Shown here in pieces: positions 39,838 through 54,261 of a stretch of DNA of 57,181 bases; position 1 is the stretch's first letter; the number at the start of each line of letters is the position of its first letter. This DNA is from Tubiluchus corallicola (Eukaryota > Animalia > Priapulida): the NCBI GenBank assembly GCA_030141605.1, contig JAQGDQ010000951.1, forward strand, positions 19,947-77,127. The letters run 5' to 3'. The translations under genes were made by a program, and so were the position numbers. Under the pieces are notes generated by a model. It searched no databases. It was not told where the DNA came from and saw only the letters and a list, made by a program, of their open reading frames with translations.

Positions 39838-41042
39838 GACTGTTTTATTAATCTATTCTTGGAGGTGTACAAGAAATCATTTCAATCTTATACATTCGCA
39901 AGAATTACAATTACTTATGACTCAGGTAACAATAAATTCAACAAGATCCAAAAACAAAACACAACAAAAAGAGATTATGAATAATTGTCAACAAGGCTAT
40001 GCACTAGATGACAAGCTATAAGCAGACGTTGTTAGTAGATACAATATGATACAGTAATTGTACAAGATACAACCCTCATATCTACCTTCGAACTCTATAA
40101 ATAATAGCTAATAGCAAACAGATTCAGAAATTTTTGCAAAAATACGATACGATATTTTTGCAAATATTTTTGTTAAGCCAACTGCTATTCTTTATTTATA
40201 ATAGAATATGGAAGCTTATCTTTCCGTTTTCCACACAATCGATACGATCAGGTAATTCAAAGAAATAAAATCTACATGAAAACAACAACATCATTTACAA
40301 CACGTATAAAATTACCACAAACTAAAGCATTACATCAAATCTCTCTTTATTTCCGGTAGTATAGAACTTTGATAAGATTTTTTCTGACTTCTTGGTCTAC
40401 TAAAAGCCAACTAAGAGTAAATGGTGAGAAGTATGTGCTTCCCCACTATGACATGCGCATTCTTTGGTGGATGCTTGCCTAAAGTTGCATAAAAAGATAG
40501 CGTTCCTCTTTTCAATAGCAAGTTTACTGCTTAGGTTTCTTCGCATCTTTGCTTATTATTTAATGGTAAACTTAGTGTCTTTAGTTCTGGGGTTGTAATA
40601 ACTGTGGACACGTCATCTATTTCCTGTGTTGAATTCTACACCTCCACTAAGAACTTTGGAATTTAACACACTCTTTTCTGGTACAACGTAGATTAATATA
40701 TTCAGCGAGACTGCCATTTCTCATATTATCTCATATTAACTCTTTTAAATGTTTTTACGAAAGTTTTTGCCTGATCAAGCAAATTTTTTACAAGATGATT
40801 ATTTATTCGACAATTTAATGGCAAAGCTTCACAAGTTAATATTTCTTGCTTAGGTAAGTGCTCATCAGGACTCCTCTGTGTTTTTAATATAAGTTTACTG
40901 ACTATACAAAAAACTTCGTGTACTAAAAGCCTGCAAAAATACATTCAGTATCACATTTCCTGGGACTGTACCCTTAAGCGTTATTTAATGCGTCGCGCTC
41001 TTTCGTTTTTCTTTGTACCTCGATGCAACAATCCGCTTATTT

Positions 41043-41156
<114 letters not shown>

Positions 41157-41158
41157 AG

Positions 41159-41990
41159 TCCAGTGTCCTTGAATAAACGGATAGGATGAAGATAAAGATT
41201 GCTCTCACTGTTTGGATTCTATAACTTGAAAAATGCACTTATCCTCCAAGCTACTAGTTGTAGAGAGCGAATATTTTCTGTTCATGGGCGAGCAAATATT
41301 TTGCAAAGGAGAGAATGTTTGAGAACACTCTGCCGTTGAGAAGAGCAAATAATTGTCGAAGGCATTAGTGGACGAGAACGCATATTTCTACTGAGTAAAT
41401 ATTTTGCAAAGGAAATTTTCCAAAGAAAAGAAAGTACGAGAGCACTCACCCCCTGGGAAGAGCAATTAGATGCACAGAGCGGTTATTGTGTTCTAGGAGA
41501 GTAAATGTTTGGCAAAGCTAATTTTATAAATGACAAAAGCTTTGCGAGCACTCACCTCCTGGGAAGAGCAAATAATTCTCGAGGCTATTAATGCCCAGAC
41601 CACATTTTTTCTAGCAGGGTAAATGTTTGGCAAAGCTAATTTTATAAATGACAAAAGGTTTGCGAGCACTCACCCCCAGGGAAAAACTTAGATCTGTTTA
41701 CCTTTGGGATGACTGTCTTTCTTTCGAAAATAAGCTCCAGACGCTATGATAGTAATCCATCGTTCTTGTTATCTTTTAACGCCTGGGAAGTGAAAGGTAA
41801 GCGACCCTGGGAACAGACAAAAACTGCTTTGCAGGGACTCTTCCCTGTATTATTTGAACGTCAAGTTCACAAAGGCCATTTCTATTTTACCTGTGAAAGA
41901 AGATTATCTTTTCCGAGTAAAAAGTTTTTAAAATTTTCACCAACATGTTCGTTTTGCAATTTTAAATTTTACGTGTCTTACCGCTATAAA
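41159..41990 (+). mobile_element. Copy of the composite element with internal subrepeats (four units)
   Basis: Starts ccagtgtcc after (GA)n and ends gtcttaccgctata, as does the 30241-30822 copy; units at about 41292, 41395, 41501 and 41619. Confidence 0.85.
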
Positions 41991-43329
41991 TATAATAATA
42001 ATAATAATAATTACATTCATTACTATATACGAAATGACAACGCAATAAATTTATGCTTTTAAAAGTCACTTTTAAAAACTATGATACAATATCAAAATAA
42101 GATACAGGAAAACAAGGTCATCACCAGTCAGGGATTTGGATTTGAAATAATTTTACAAGGTTCATTAAACTTCGATAAGTGGCAGACCATTGAAGAGAAG
42201 ATGTTTGATGTATTATGTGATTTTATATTATATCAAAAATCTTGTTATGAAAATTTTGTTGTGTTCGTATTTTACTAACCCCTTGGCTGAGTGCCTGTAG
42301 GTCAAATAACCACCAGCTAAAATGATAATTGGCTAAGGGACAATCAGACAAAGGACACTAGTCAAAGAGTCTTCAAATATGTTTAAAAGTCTAAAAATTT
42401 TATATTTAACATTATTATGTTTAACAACGCGGTTTGGAAATACAATCTTGGTGAGAAGGATGTTGTCCATCCTTTGACAGGTGGTCGTTAGTCCATCCCC
42501 CTAACTGGCGGTCCTTAGACCACTTTTAAAGTGGTAAAGGTGGTGCCTTGGCCGACTGTCCATTGTCCGCTGTTCTTTAACCTTGCCCAGGCTACGTTGG
42601 CAACGCTATCACGTTATCAAAAGTCCATTTAAGTACTTATGAGCAATGTGACTATATCGCGGTGCTGGTTCCCTAGCAAATCTCACTACTTTTCCTACAT
42701 TCAATACGCACTGGACACTAAAACAGTTTGTTGTGTTACTCATAGATGGTAGTCAGATTCTATCCTTTTTAATGGTCCCATAGGAGCAGGTTTCCTTGTT
42801 TCAGAAGAAGCCAGAGCGGGGAGAGGTGAACAACAGGCTACCCAGCACAGTCTACAGTTCATTTTGTGCTCGGATTGTAAATTAAAATGGCTGCAATTGT
42901 TTTGTAATTTTTAGCAAGCGTAGTTCTAATCTTCGTTAGTGTAGTTCTCTTTAAAATTACGATTAGCAAACAATATCTGCTGAAATGTCAAAAAACGTAA
43001 ATTTGTAAGAAAAGTTATAACACCTGAGCAAAGTAAAGATTTGCTAGAATGGGACGATGCCAGCTATGATTGTAGCACTTTTGATGATGAATCTTCGGAA
43101 GTAAATAAGTATGTAATTTATTGACCAAGAACTATGATTACACTATGATCAGGGTAAACGCATGAATAACACAATAAGTTGGTCCACATTTTCTCCAAAG
43201 CATTGATACATTGACGATAGTAAAAGTGCTAAATGGCATTTAACATAATTAACATATTTTACATTATATTGTCAGTCCAACAAGAAACATTGAGTCTTGT
43301 GCAAAACACTTAAAGCACCGATGAATATA

Positions 43330-43740
43330 GTCCACAATAGATTGGTTATCTTTATGCCTGAATATCACATCAATATTAGAGAACCGCGGTACTTGTCTGA
43401 TCGGGTCACACTTCGCACAATTTCACAAAACATCTTCTTCATCTTGAACAGGCCTTGGTTCGTTAGTACAGCAGTCGCAAAACCGCCTTAGCCTAGGTGT
43501 ATTCCTCCACCTGCTGATTTCAATAGCCAATTTATGACCTGATATTCTGGCCTTTGTCCAGGAAGCTCTTTCGAGTTGACGAACAGGCGCCATCCTATTT
43601 GAATATATAGGATGGCTAACCAAATCCGGAATCAAAAGTCTGTGTGTATCCATTCTACTAGAGGTTGACACACTACATTCTTGTGCTCTCTTTTGCTTTT
43701 CCTCTATTGCAGGGTCTCTTCTCGGAGAGAGTCTTTTCAG
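43330..43740 (-). mobile_element. LINE ORF2 3' end with C-terminal Cys/His-type motif
   Basis: RASWTKARISGHKLAIEISRWRNTPRLRRFCDCC...VQDEEDVL matches the RLSSHxLxIETGRW..R.C..C...EEHVL pattern. Confidence 0.75.
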
Positions 43741-43744
43741 TGCT

Positions 43745-43864
43745 TGGTCGAAGAACCTGTAGCACCATTTTTCAACCTTTGGCAGGATTCGGTCGAGATT
43801 TGAACCCACAATCTCCCGGGTGGTAAGCGATCAAGCTAGGGACGCTATTGAGCTACGCCACCCG
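43745..43864 (-). mobile_element. tRNA-derived SINE, second copy
   Basis: Minus strand ccgggtggcgtagctcaat...gggttcaaatctcgaccgaatc, the same head as 32691. Confidence 0.75.
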
Positions 43865-44290
43865 GTTTATTTTGGGGTTTATTTTTCGAAATGGGCACAC
43901 CGGGACGAACGTGAAGCGAAATATCTGTAAAAATGGCCGTTTTTTGCAAAACTTATACCTCTTATTTCTAGAGAATGCTGCGCTGCTGCTGCCGCTGTTG
44001 CTGTTGTTCCTGCTGCTGCTGCAACTGCTGTTGATGTTGTTGTTGCTGTTGCCGTTGCTGCCGCTGTTGCTGTTGTTTGTTGTTGTTCTTGTTGTTGTTG
44101 TTTGCTGTTCTCAGTACATTTTCATTTTGTGAAATCATTTACTATAGGAGAAAAATAATTATAATGATCACATCATTCTACATAACATGTTTTTGTATCG
44201 TAACATTAATGCAGTTATGTATTGCTACATCAGGACATAAAGGTCACACATAAAATGCATGCAATGTGTTTTATTTTAGGAGAAATAGAT

Positions 44291-45273
44291 TTACCGAATA
44301 TATCCATTTGCTATTTTTAAATCTTGCCGAAGTCGTATGTAGGACTTGTCTTTCATCTGCATAAATTTGTAACCAGCGCGATTCAAAAATTCTCCACATT
44401 GTTTTTCAATCATGAGTATTTCTGATTCAGTTAGTTTGTTCTTCCAAGCGTTTGCTGTTTTTGTAGAGTTCTTACTATTTGTACCAAGTCCACCTTCTCC
44501 GCCTGTCTTCGCTAGGGCATTCTTCTTAAGGTATTTGTCAATATTTTCTGTGTAATAAAGTCCCACGAATTCAAATAGTTCATTTATTTTGTTAATAGGG
44601 TCGTGTGCTATCTCCTCATATTTTATAATTTTCATTACGTCACTGGGTAAATTTAGCCTCATTGCACTCTCATAGTCATCCATCATGTCATAGCATAGTG
44701 TAGATGGATTATCCTCACCATATGCCTCACCAGTGAGATTTTTCATCCACCCCAACTGCATTCTGGATTTTATAATTGCCCTTGGATCTCGAATCATGTA
44801 TAAAACTTTTACGTTATATCTAGGGATATTCAGTAACGCCAAGACGTCTACTACACGCAGGCGAAGTACTTTGTAAACATGGGTGTTGTAATTTTGGCAA
44901 ACCTTTATCCACTGTAGTGGAGAAAGATGTAAATCGCCAGAAGGTGGAGCTGCCCAACATTTCTTAATTCTGTTTCTAAAGTTTTCCTCATCACACCCTT
45001 TTTCCCTAGCCAGTGCTCGAGAATGATAGGTTTTAAGTCTTTTCTGTTGATAGCGTATAAAATTCACCATGTGTTCACCAGTATAATTGCACGAGGCAAG
45101 ATTTTCTATCAACTTCTGGCTCATCACTGTCAAGGGTCCACTACGTCGACCTTTCCCATCTTCTGGACCAAAAATCTGGGCTTCCTCAAACCAGGCAGGT
45201 TCAAATATATAGAACACTTCGGGATGGTTGTTGAAAATGTCACCGACAAATGTAGAACCACTTCTTGGGTACC
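44291..45273 (-). CDS. Carbohydrate 6-O-sulfotransferase (CHST1/3/4/5-like, Sulfotransfer_1), terminal catalytic exon
   Basis: Acceptor tttcag at 45274; reads (G)YPRSGSTFVGDIFNNHPEVFYIFEP (5'-PSB), KVLYMIRDPRAIIKSR (3'-PB), IKYEEIA.DP, TANAWKNKL and IEKQCGEFLNRAGY; open to the stop at 44291. Confidence 0.93.
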
Positions 45274-45609
45274 CTGAAATAGAGCATGAAAAGAGTTATA
45301 TTTTATATTTGCACTGACTTATTGAATTGAGTGGACTACCACCACGCGATTGGTTTAAATTTATTGCTTCAACGTGGTATATACACTAAAGTCACTAAAG
45401 GTATATATATATATATATATATGTAAAATTAACATCGAAGTTTTTATGGCATTATTATGATTACGCAAATAATTCATAGTTATAATCTTTACCAATTAGT
45501 TAAAATTAATGTTTAACTTACTCGACAGCGTTGTGTGTCTTTCGTGTATATTTTGTTCAACAAGTATAATGTATAATATCTATTTTATATTTGTATGTGG
45601 CACACAGCA

Positions 45610-47480
45610 TTATTTATAATATTTCTCCAGTAAAGCTTTTGCCAAAATAATTAAGCCAAGTTTTCTTAGGGTTAAATGAGATACTCCATTCTATACCATA
45701 TTTTTCACAGATTTTAAGCATTTCACGTAGGTTTCTACATGACCCTGACAACAAGGCAATGTCATCAGCATACATGACAGTGCCTACAAAATTATCTGTT
45801 ACATAACAACCGTAACCAGCTGAATGCAATTGACGTATAAGGTCGTCTGTATATACAGCATATAAAATCGGTGATAATACACCTCCTTGTCTGACAAAAT
45901 TGGGTACTATACCGATCTTGCCGTTTGACGCAGCCCGTAAGTTTACTGTACCAATTCATTAATACGTTAACAAATATCTTGGGAACCCGTTTATCTAGCA
46001 GTTTTATAAACAACCCTCCGTGCAGTACTCTATCAAAAGCTTTGGAGGCATCTAGAAATGCGACATGTACAGGATTATTTCTTGCCGTGAAAAAAATTAC
46101 AGTTTCTTTTATAGCTTTTAAAACCGAATTGTAATTCGTCACTTTCTAAGCAATCTTCTAAGCCGAATGTTGCCAGTAAAACAGATTCAAATAATTTTGA
46201 GATAGTTGGAGATAGAGTCACTGCGCGATAATTACTGAAATCTGCTTGGTCGCCATTGTCATCTTTAACAACAGGTATAATTATTCCTTTCCCAAAGTCA
46301 TTGGATAATAAATTTTGCAGGTATACATGGTTTTTATTCTAACCATGCATATTAAACGAGCATAATGATAGATGATTTGTTTCCCCCATGAAGTGCTATC
46401 TTTTTTCTGTATAATTTCACGTTTTTCTGTCCTCCACAGCTGCAGATCGTTGTTCCCGGGGCTTGAAAACCCACCTCCGTATTGCAACCTGTTCGGGCCA
46501 CAAGTCAGGATCCATAACATCATCTTTATATTTCTCTTCACACCGTCTGAAGCTTCTATTTTAGACGCAAACATGTAGCATTGATCTACCTCGATGTCAT
46601 TTTCATTTAAAAGTAACCAATAAGTTCATCTTTTGTTGTATCAGCCTGTAACCGACTTACGAAAAAGTCTTTCGCCTTTCTTGTTTTTCAACTCCCCTCA
46701 GTATCGTACTTATCGTACTAGCAAATCCAACATCACGTTTTCTTGAGCAGGTCACATTCGAAATTTTCCGTTTTTTAAGATTTTTCACTAAACTCCATTT
46801 CTCTATGTTGCCCGTAGCAATGTCTGCATATGTTCTTTGTGAATTAACGAATAACATATTTGTATTGCGATTATCAATTGAGCTTCCATGTTGGTTAGCG
46901 GATATGCACAGCAGCGGTTTCTGTGCTACGGTATATTGAGTTCGCTGACTGCTTGTCGAGCTGCCTGGCTCCTCTGCACTGAGTTCGCGGACTGCTTGTC
47001 GAGCTGCCTGGCTCCTCCGCACTGGTTCTCATTTCGTTTTTCTCTAAGGTTTTGCTTATTAGATTCACTTTGTCTTTTAATAACTTAGTATCTAGTTGTT
47101 GCGGAGCTATAATTGGTAGCCGTGCAATTTTTGCTGCAACAAAAGTCGCTAATTCATCTTGCACATTCCGGGCAATAAACTCATATAGCGTTAAAATATC
47201 TTCCACTTCTAATTTACATTTACTTTCACCTGATCTCCGAGATATTTTTCTAGGAATTTTTTCTTTCATTTCTTGTGTAATCTTTGCAGCCGTAAGGGCA
47301 TAACTATACAGCATGTTTTTCGCTTGTTCTATTTCTTCCTCTTCGTAAAAGTCTAATATGCAAGCCCTTATGCTTTCTACTGGATCTCTGCCAAACATGT
47401 TTTATATTAAGAACAAACATTCATTGATGATCACTTCACTTGCAACAGCAACGTTAGTTCCTTGACTGCTATTCATTGTG
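45610..47480 (-). mobile_element. LINE (RTE-X-like) with ORF1 and internally deleted ORF2, inside the sulfotransferase intron
   Basis: ORF1 IINECLF...ILDFYEEEEIEQAKNML...EVEDIL...FVA.KIARLP; RT AFLDASKAFDRVLH, VRQGGVLSP and MYADDIALL..FNPKKT; frameshifts. Confidence 0.85.
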
Positions 47481-47796
47481 CACAAAGCTCTGGCACTGGA
47501 GTTAATCACTGTGGTTAATCACCATAAAACCCCTCCACAACTACCTGTCTTTGTTTGACTTGATATGAAATGTTATTTTCATCAATTAAGAAAGATCTGG
47601 CTCAATAGCGTTACTGATTGCATGTGCACAATCTGCATCCAATAATACACTTTCCAGTATAAAATTTTTCAACTTTTCTGCAAATTTTCACTAATAGTAT
47701 CTCTGTTTTTCAAGACCGATAATCAAGTTGTCCACAATCAGATAACGCCTGTCATTCACTTTATTTGGATTGATTACTTTATATTTTTAATTAATA

Positions 47797-48486
47797 GTGC
47801 AACCATGATTGGTTGTGTCTGGCCTATGTATGAGGAGAGTGTGTGGCGATGGCGTGCACGATGATTGGTTGTGTCTGGCCTATGTATGAGGAGAATGTGT
47901 GGCGATGGACGTGCACGATGATTGGTTGTGTCTGGCCTATGTATGAGGAGAATGTGTGGCGATGGACGTGCACGATGATTGGTTGTGTCTGGCCTATGTA
48001 TGAGGAGAGTGTGTGGCGATGGACGTGCACGATGATTGGTTGTGTCTGGCCTATGTATGAGGAGAGTGTGTGGCGATGGCGTGCACGATGATTGGTTGTG
48101 TCTGGCCTATGTATGAGGAGAATGTGTGGCGATGGACGTGCACCATGATTGGTTGTGTCTGGCCTATGTATGAGGAGAGTGTGTGGCGATGGACGTGCAC
48201 GATGATTGGTTGTATCTGGCCTATGTATGAGGAGAATTTGTGGCGATGGACGTACACGATGATTGGTTGTGTCTGGCCTATGTATGAGGAGAGTGTGTGG
48301 CGATGGACGTACACGATGATTGGTTGTGTCTGGCCTATGTATGAGGAGAGTGTGTGGCGATGGACGTGCACGATGATTGGTTGTGTCTGGCCTATGTATG
48401 AGGAGAATGTGTGGCGATGGACGTACACGATGATTGGTTGTGTCTGGCCTATGTATGAGGAGAATGTGTGGCGATGGACGTACACG
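47797..48486. repeat. 57-bp minisatellite, about 12 copies
   Basis: Unit gtgcacgatgattggttgtgtctggcctatgtatgaggaga(a/g)tgtgtggcgatggac, contiguous with no spacers. Confidence 0.97.
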
Positions 48487-49908
48487 AACGACAATCAGTC
48501 TGTATAATTTCATTTCAAACACAAAAAATTCTTTTATCGTTAATGTTCATCTCTGCACACACCATAATATTATGCCTTGCTTTTCTTGTCTAACCCCTTC
48601 CCTTATCAATGTTGTACTTAATATATTTTTTCGGCAAACATTGAAGTATTTTTTGTTGGAAGAATTAGTATTTTGGTACGCCAACTTGTTATTGTTTGTT
48701 TCCTATTGTTGTATGTACTTTACTTTTTGTGAGAAGCAATAAACTAAATGTAAACTTAATTAAGTATAAACTGTACTTAAACTTAACTAATAATAAAATG
48801 AACTTTCTCAAGCAGTCCACATCATTTCTTTTTGCGTGTTGAAAAAATGTGGCTGATTTACAACTAGAATTAGTCTAAATAACACAGATTAATTCTAAAA
48901 TGACAGTGAATAAAATATCACACAACTAAAAAACAAGGAAACAGAGAGAAAGGGCACAACGTTTCAAACTGTAGTTCCTGTTCAGGTTAACATAAAAAGA
49001 CAAAGCGGGGAAAATTACGGAAAACTACAAAACAAATTTTCCTTGCAGCTTTTTATTTAGGTCACTAACTTGAAAAGGATATCACTCTAAAAAAGACGCA
49101 AGCACGTAGAAAAAACACATCAGCAGATCGTTGTGCAGTAATATGTCACAAGTAGAAATGGCACAAGTTAAAATGGCAAGGTAAAATGACCTGGGGGGAA
49201 AATGGCACAAATTGAAAATAGGAAGAATAAAAATCACATCAGCGGCTGTTCGATACGTTGTGTCGTTTCTTTCTCTTTTATTGTTTTTCAACTGTTCTAA
49301 TTTTATTTATAATATAAATAGAAAGCAATTAAATTATTTGCCACATCGCAATTCTTCCTGATGTTACTGCCCTAAGTACCAGCAACTGCGTTATTTCTTC
49401 GCAATTGACATCAAACACATTGGTCTATCGTACAGCCTCCGCTGCAACGTAAGCACGCTCAGCAGCATTCGGGACAACAGCTCACGCTGGACAACAACTG
49501 TCTAATCTAATCTAAACTAAACAACATGACAGTCACAACTAATGTCTAATAAGCAGAAAAACTGATTGCATTTCTTTCATAAACACAAATTTGCAGAGCA
49601 GCAGCTATTTTAACACGAAATTAATACTTCAAGTAACCAAAAATGACTTTTCAATTTAAACAGAATGTAGAGACAAGGTTTCAAGCCACAACACAATGCG
49701 GATGCAAGAGTATTATTATCAAGAAACTAAGCCGGATATTATGGTGGAGATGGGATAGTATTGTGTAATCAAACACGGTTTGGTTTCGTAACTGAAATAA
49801 TTATAGCATATGCTGTTATAAACTGATTTATCTTCGCGGTTTAGTAGCTATAACCCAAAATGCGGAAATAGAAACTCAAAGTTATAGAGTTTAAGTTAGG
49901 TATCTTAC

Positions 49909-49986
49909 CTAAAAATAGAACCATGGTTCTCTTTCTACGACTATGGTATTGTGCTAACCTTCTGGTATCGTCATATGTATTAAGTT
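49909..49986 (-). CDS. Upstream 78-bp exon of the same sulfotransferase
   Basis: tttttcag|...|gtaag boundaries; encodes LNTYDDTRRLAQYHSRRKRTMVLFL-G and joins in phase 1 to give VLFLGYPRSGSTF. Confidence 0.85.
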
Positions 49987-52900
49987 CTGAAAAATAAAAT
50001 TTTAAAATCATTCCGTAATTAATAGCTGCATTGGACTTAAAATCAGGTCCTAATTAGTAGACATTGTCATTTTAATCTTAGATATCCTAAGTGTTATTTC
50101 ATAACACGCCCTCTGTTGGTAATTTAGCCACAGTGGCTCAGTTCAGTTTAAACGCAACGTGTTATTGTTATCAGTTCGACTTTTTGTTCTAATTTGCACA
50201 AAATCGGATTTTAGATAACTTTGTATTGTACAAATTTTAATTTAATCGTAATCACTTCTCCAATCTTTTGATAATAGAATATCAAATTTATTGCTCCACG
50301 GAAAGACACATTAAATAAATTACAATTTTTATTTGAGTTTTCTACGTGTTTGGAATTTACAAATTCGTATTATATTTAATATTTCTAAAATAGGCTAATT
50401 CAAAATTTTCTTTCTTATCACCATTCGGGTGATCAAAACTAAGAAGCAGAATATCAATGTTTAGAAGGTCAGAACACTAGAATCTGACAATATGTAGAAA
50501 GCAAATCTTTTATCTACATTTTAACAATCTTTCTAACTAGGAACTACATAAGTAAACTGCATACATAATTTTTATTACGATTTCCGAATTTTCTCTGTTA
50601 GTTCTAAATGTCGAGAACAATATTAAAACTTGAGACCGTGCTTTCAACTCCATGTCAAAAGCAATAATATAATTAGTTTTTATTTTTCGTTAACGCATGA
50701 CATTGAACAGTTTTATCTAAAATTTCTTCTCGGTTTATTATTAGTGTTTGATGTCCATTGCTGTGTCACCTGTATATGTTTGTAGATGGTTGCAAAAATG
50801 AACATGATGATCTACTTATTTACCTTATCAGATCATATCATACAATCTGTGAATAAAAATATATGTGTTAGCAGACGTCACAAAATATTACAAATTAAAA
50901 TTTTATCTTAGGAATTTCTATCACCACACCTTACAGTTTCTTTGTTAAGTTTAGAGATAGCTTAACCTCTTAAGTCCAATGGTGGCTCGTTTATAGGCTC
51001 TGTGTTACTGCAGCACTCCCTATTTTTACTCATTACCGAATATATTCAATATAATGAGTCTTTTTCCTTTAGTTCATTTTTTTATACTTGTGGGGAACAC
51101 GTGATGGAAGTACAATTTCCTTTACAGCTCAAGCAACGCGGTGTTTGGCTACTGTGAGCATGCGCTTGTGTTTGAGATAACACGCTGAACACTAGCGTCT
51201 GCTGCTAGGCAGAAAAGTTCTGTGTCTAACACAGTAACAATTGTGTACCGTCATATTCTTGCATATGATAAAGTATAAACTTAATGTATGTACTTAAGAA
51301 GAATTATTTAATAATGGATGCCTTGCATCCACAAGAAATAAGTTCTATGACTGTACGTGAACTACAACAGCTTAATTTTTTACAGTTGTCTGTCCATAAG
51401 AAAGTTGCTGTTGCAGGACTACAGAAGTAATTATGTACTCTTTCCTTAAGTACTTTGTACAGTTATTTATACAAAGTGTTCTTGACAAACTGCTCGAAAT
51501 CGTTCGCAGCTTATTTTTAAAACTGTACTTTAATTCGAAGTCGTATCATGAGGGTAGAGAAAACATTATTACAGCAACATGTCAGCCCTGGTTCGTATCA
51601 AAACCGGAGCTTCCTCGCTAACCTGTTTAGGTATAGAGAAAATAGAGAAAAGCCAGCCGTGACGTCATATTCCAGTACATATTTTTATTTGTTTTTTTTT
51701 TATTTTTAACACAAAGCAAATAGTATATTGTTTATTTCGGAAATGAGTTTCCGACACCAAAATAATAGAAAAAACTGTAAAGTGGAGATTAATATTGAAC
51801 AGACCAACATGTAATATTGTAGCATTGCACGTTGGAAAGCTGTGAAGCATTCTTAAAAATGTCATAGCAGCCATATATATAATAGACGGAATTTCTGGAA
51901 ATACTAAATAGGATATGCATTTAATATCCTATTGTATCCGATACTATCTTATTGTATCCTCTCGGATCCTATTGTATCATATAGTAACCTTTTTGTATCA
52001 AATAGTATCGATTATACAATATATAATATGTATTTTGTAACCATTACAAGTCATAAACAATTTCATCTTACTTTTTCTTACTAAATTTTGTCATACCTGT
52101 TGTAGTTTGGATGCTGATAGTCTTATATGAATACTGACCAAAAAAAGTCACCACCACAAAAACAGTCACTATTCTAGCCAACCACAGTCTCCGCCGTTCG
52201 ATTTTAAACATGGTGATTAGTAACACAATAATGCGTTATTAAAATAATATCTATAATGGAAATATAATACACTTTTGAAAGTTTTTTTATAAACATCTTA
52301 ACGCTTTTAAAAACTAAAATAATCTTCATGAAAAAATTCTCTCATTAAACCAAAACCGGATCCAATCTTGAACTGTAGATCAAAACAATTTAAAATATTT
52401 AAACTGTTTGAAATGTTGAAAGGAAACACTGTCTGTTTTTCAAAAATGTCTTACATGAAAGAGTCATTACCACACGAACACAATTTCACGCGCCACTAGT
52501 TGCTCGCTGTTACATGCATTTCGCCATTCGTTAGTTAGACGGGCACCAACGCCTGCATTTCAGAAACGCATTGCGCAAAAAATAGATGTTGTACCTTCCT
52601 GTTCAGATGTGTTATTTAGTAAGGAACTGCACACATTCGACAGCTCATGCATCAGTACAGCAGTAAATTTGAAATTTGATTTTTTTCTCATAACCTGCCT
52701 AGTTTTAATGCAATGCATCGAATATCTTGCAGTAACACGGGTCTTCAGTTTTTGGTTTTACACGATCGTGGAATATTTTTGCTTTTCAATAATTATGTTA
52801 GTTTATGATGTCATTAATAGTTGGGCTCGACCGCCGTTAATTAAGCTTTTAATCTATTATTAATTACCATAAACGCTCTTGCAGTATTAATTGTGTTAAA

Positions 52901-53584
52901 ATGTATACTTTTATCGGGCTTGAAAATTGGGTAGTGTATGAAAAATCATTCTATTTTCCTTTAAGCTTTATTGAAACCTAAAGATACTTTATCACGTGTA
53001 ACAAGATGACTACAATCATAATTAATGCAGTAGATTTTTAACAAACCAAACGTAATCTTATAAGACATTGGAAAAACCCTTGTGATGGGGTAGAAGTTTT
53101 TATCGATTTGTGAAGCGTTGTGAATGGTATAAACAATGATGTTACATAAACAAACAATGATTGGTCACATTAACAGAATGTTCCACTCATCTGCATTCAC
53201 CCAGAACAGAAGAAACGTTGAAACGTACGCTCAATATAATAACATTAAAATAGTAGGCATAGTGTGAAATTAAATCTAAGATCCTGGGTATTATTTTGCA
53301 GTTTTTCTTCTTTTCCGGTTAACGTTAAATCTGTCTGTTATGATTAGTCAGCACTTAAATGTGTCGGTGGGTGTGAACGTAGGTGTGCGTGAGTGTACGT
53401 GTATATGTGTGAAGTGTGGGTGTGTATCACAGTTTTGTTGCATTTTCTAAAACCTTTAATAATTATAAGAATTTTTTGACAAAACCAAATGTAAAACGAA
53501 CAACCGTGATGTTTTGAGTCAGATGGCGGGTAGTAGTGTGGTGTGGTGTGAAATGTTGTCGTCAGTTTATGCGCAAAATCTTAT

Positions 53585-53952
<368 letters not shown>

Positions 53953-54261
53953 AGTTATATAAGTTAAATAGTATATGTGTACGTAACTGCTTAAAATTTG
54001 TGTGTTATGTATGCTATACCGTTGGGTTTATAAATCAAAGTTTGATATTCTGTCTTTAGTTTAAATTATTGAGTATAACTTGTTTTATTGTATACTTACT
54101 AATGCAGTTATATTTTTATAGCTTATGTATGTATTTATATCTTTGTAAATAATGTATGTATTGTGTGTATTGTGTGTATGTATTGTGTGTGAATTGTAAC
54201 TGTAATTACCCAAAAACATGTTAAATGTATATATACATTTAACATGTTTTTGGGTAATTAC

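Noticed and set aside
39628-40021. Poly-Ile/Tyr ORFs (also poly-Asn/Leu at 55965-56313 and poly-Leu at 43848-44132)
   Set aside because: These are translations of trinucleotide microsatellites.
47797-48486. CRISPR array
   Set aside because: Units are contiguous with no unique spacers, there are no cas genes, and the context is eukaryotic.
50240-50760. DNA transposase remnant on the minus strand
   Set aside because: Only a vague coding-like texture, with no motif I can name.
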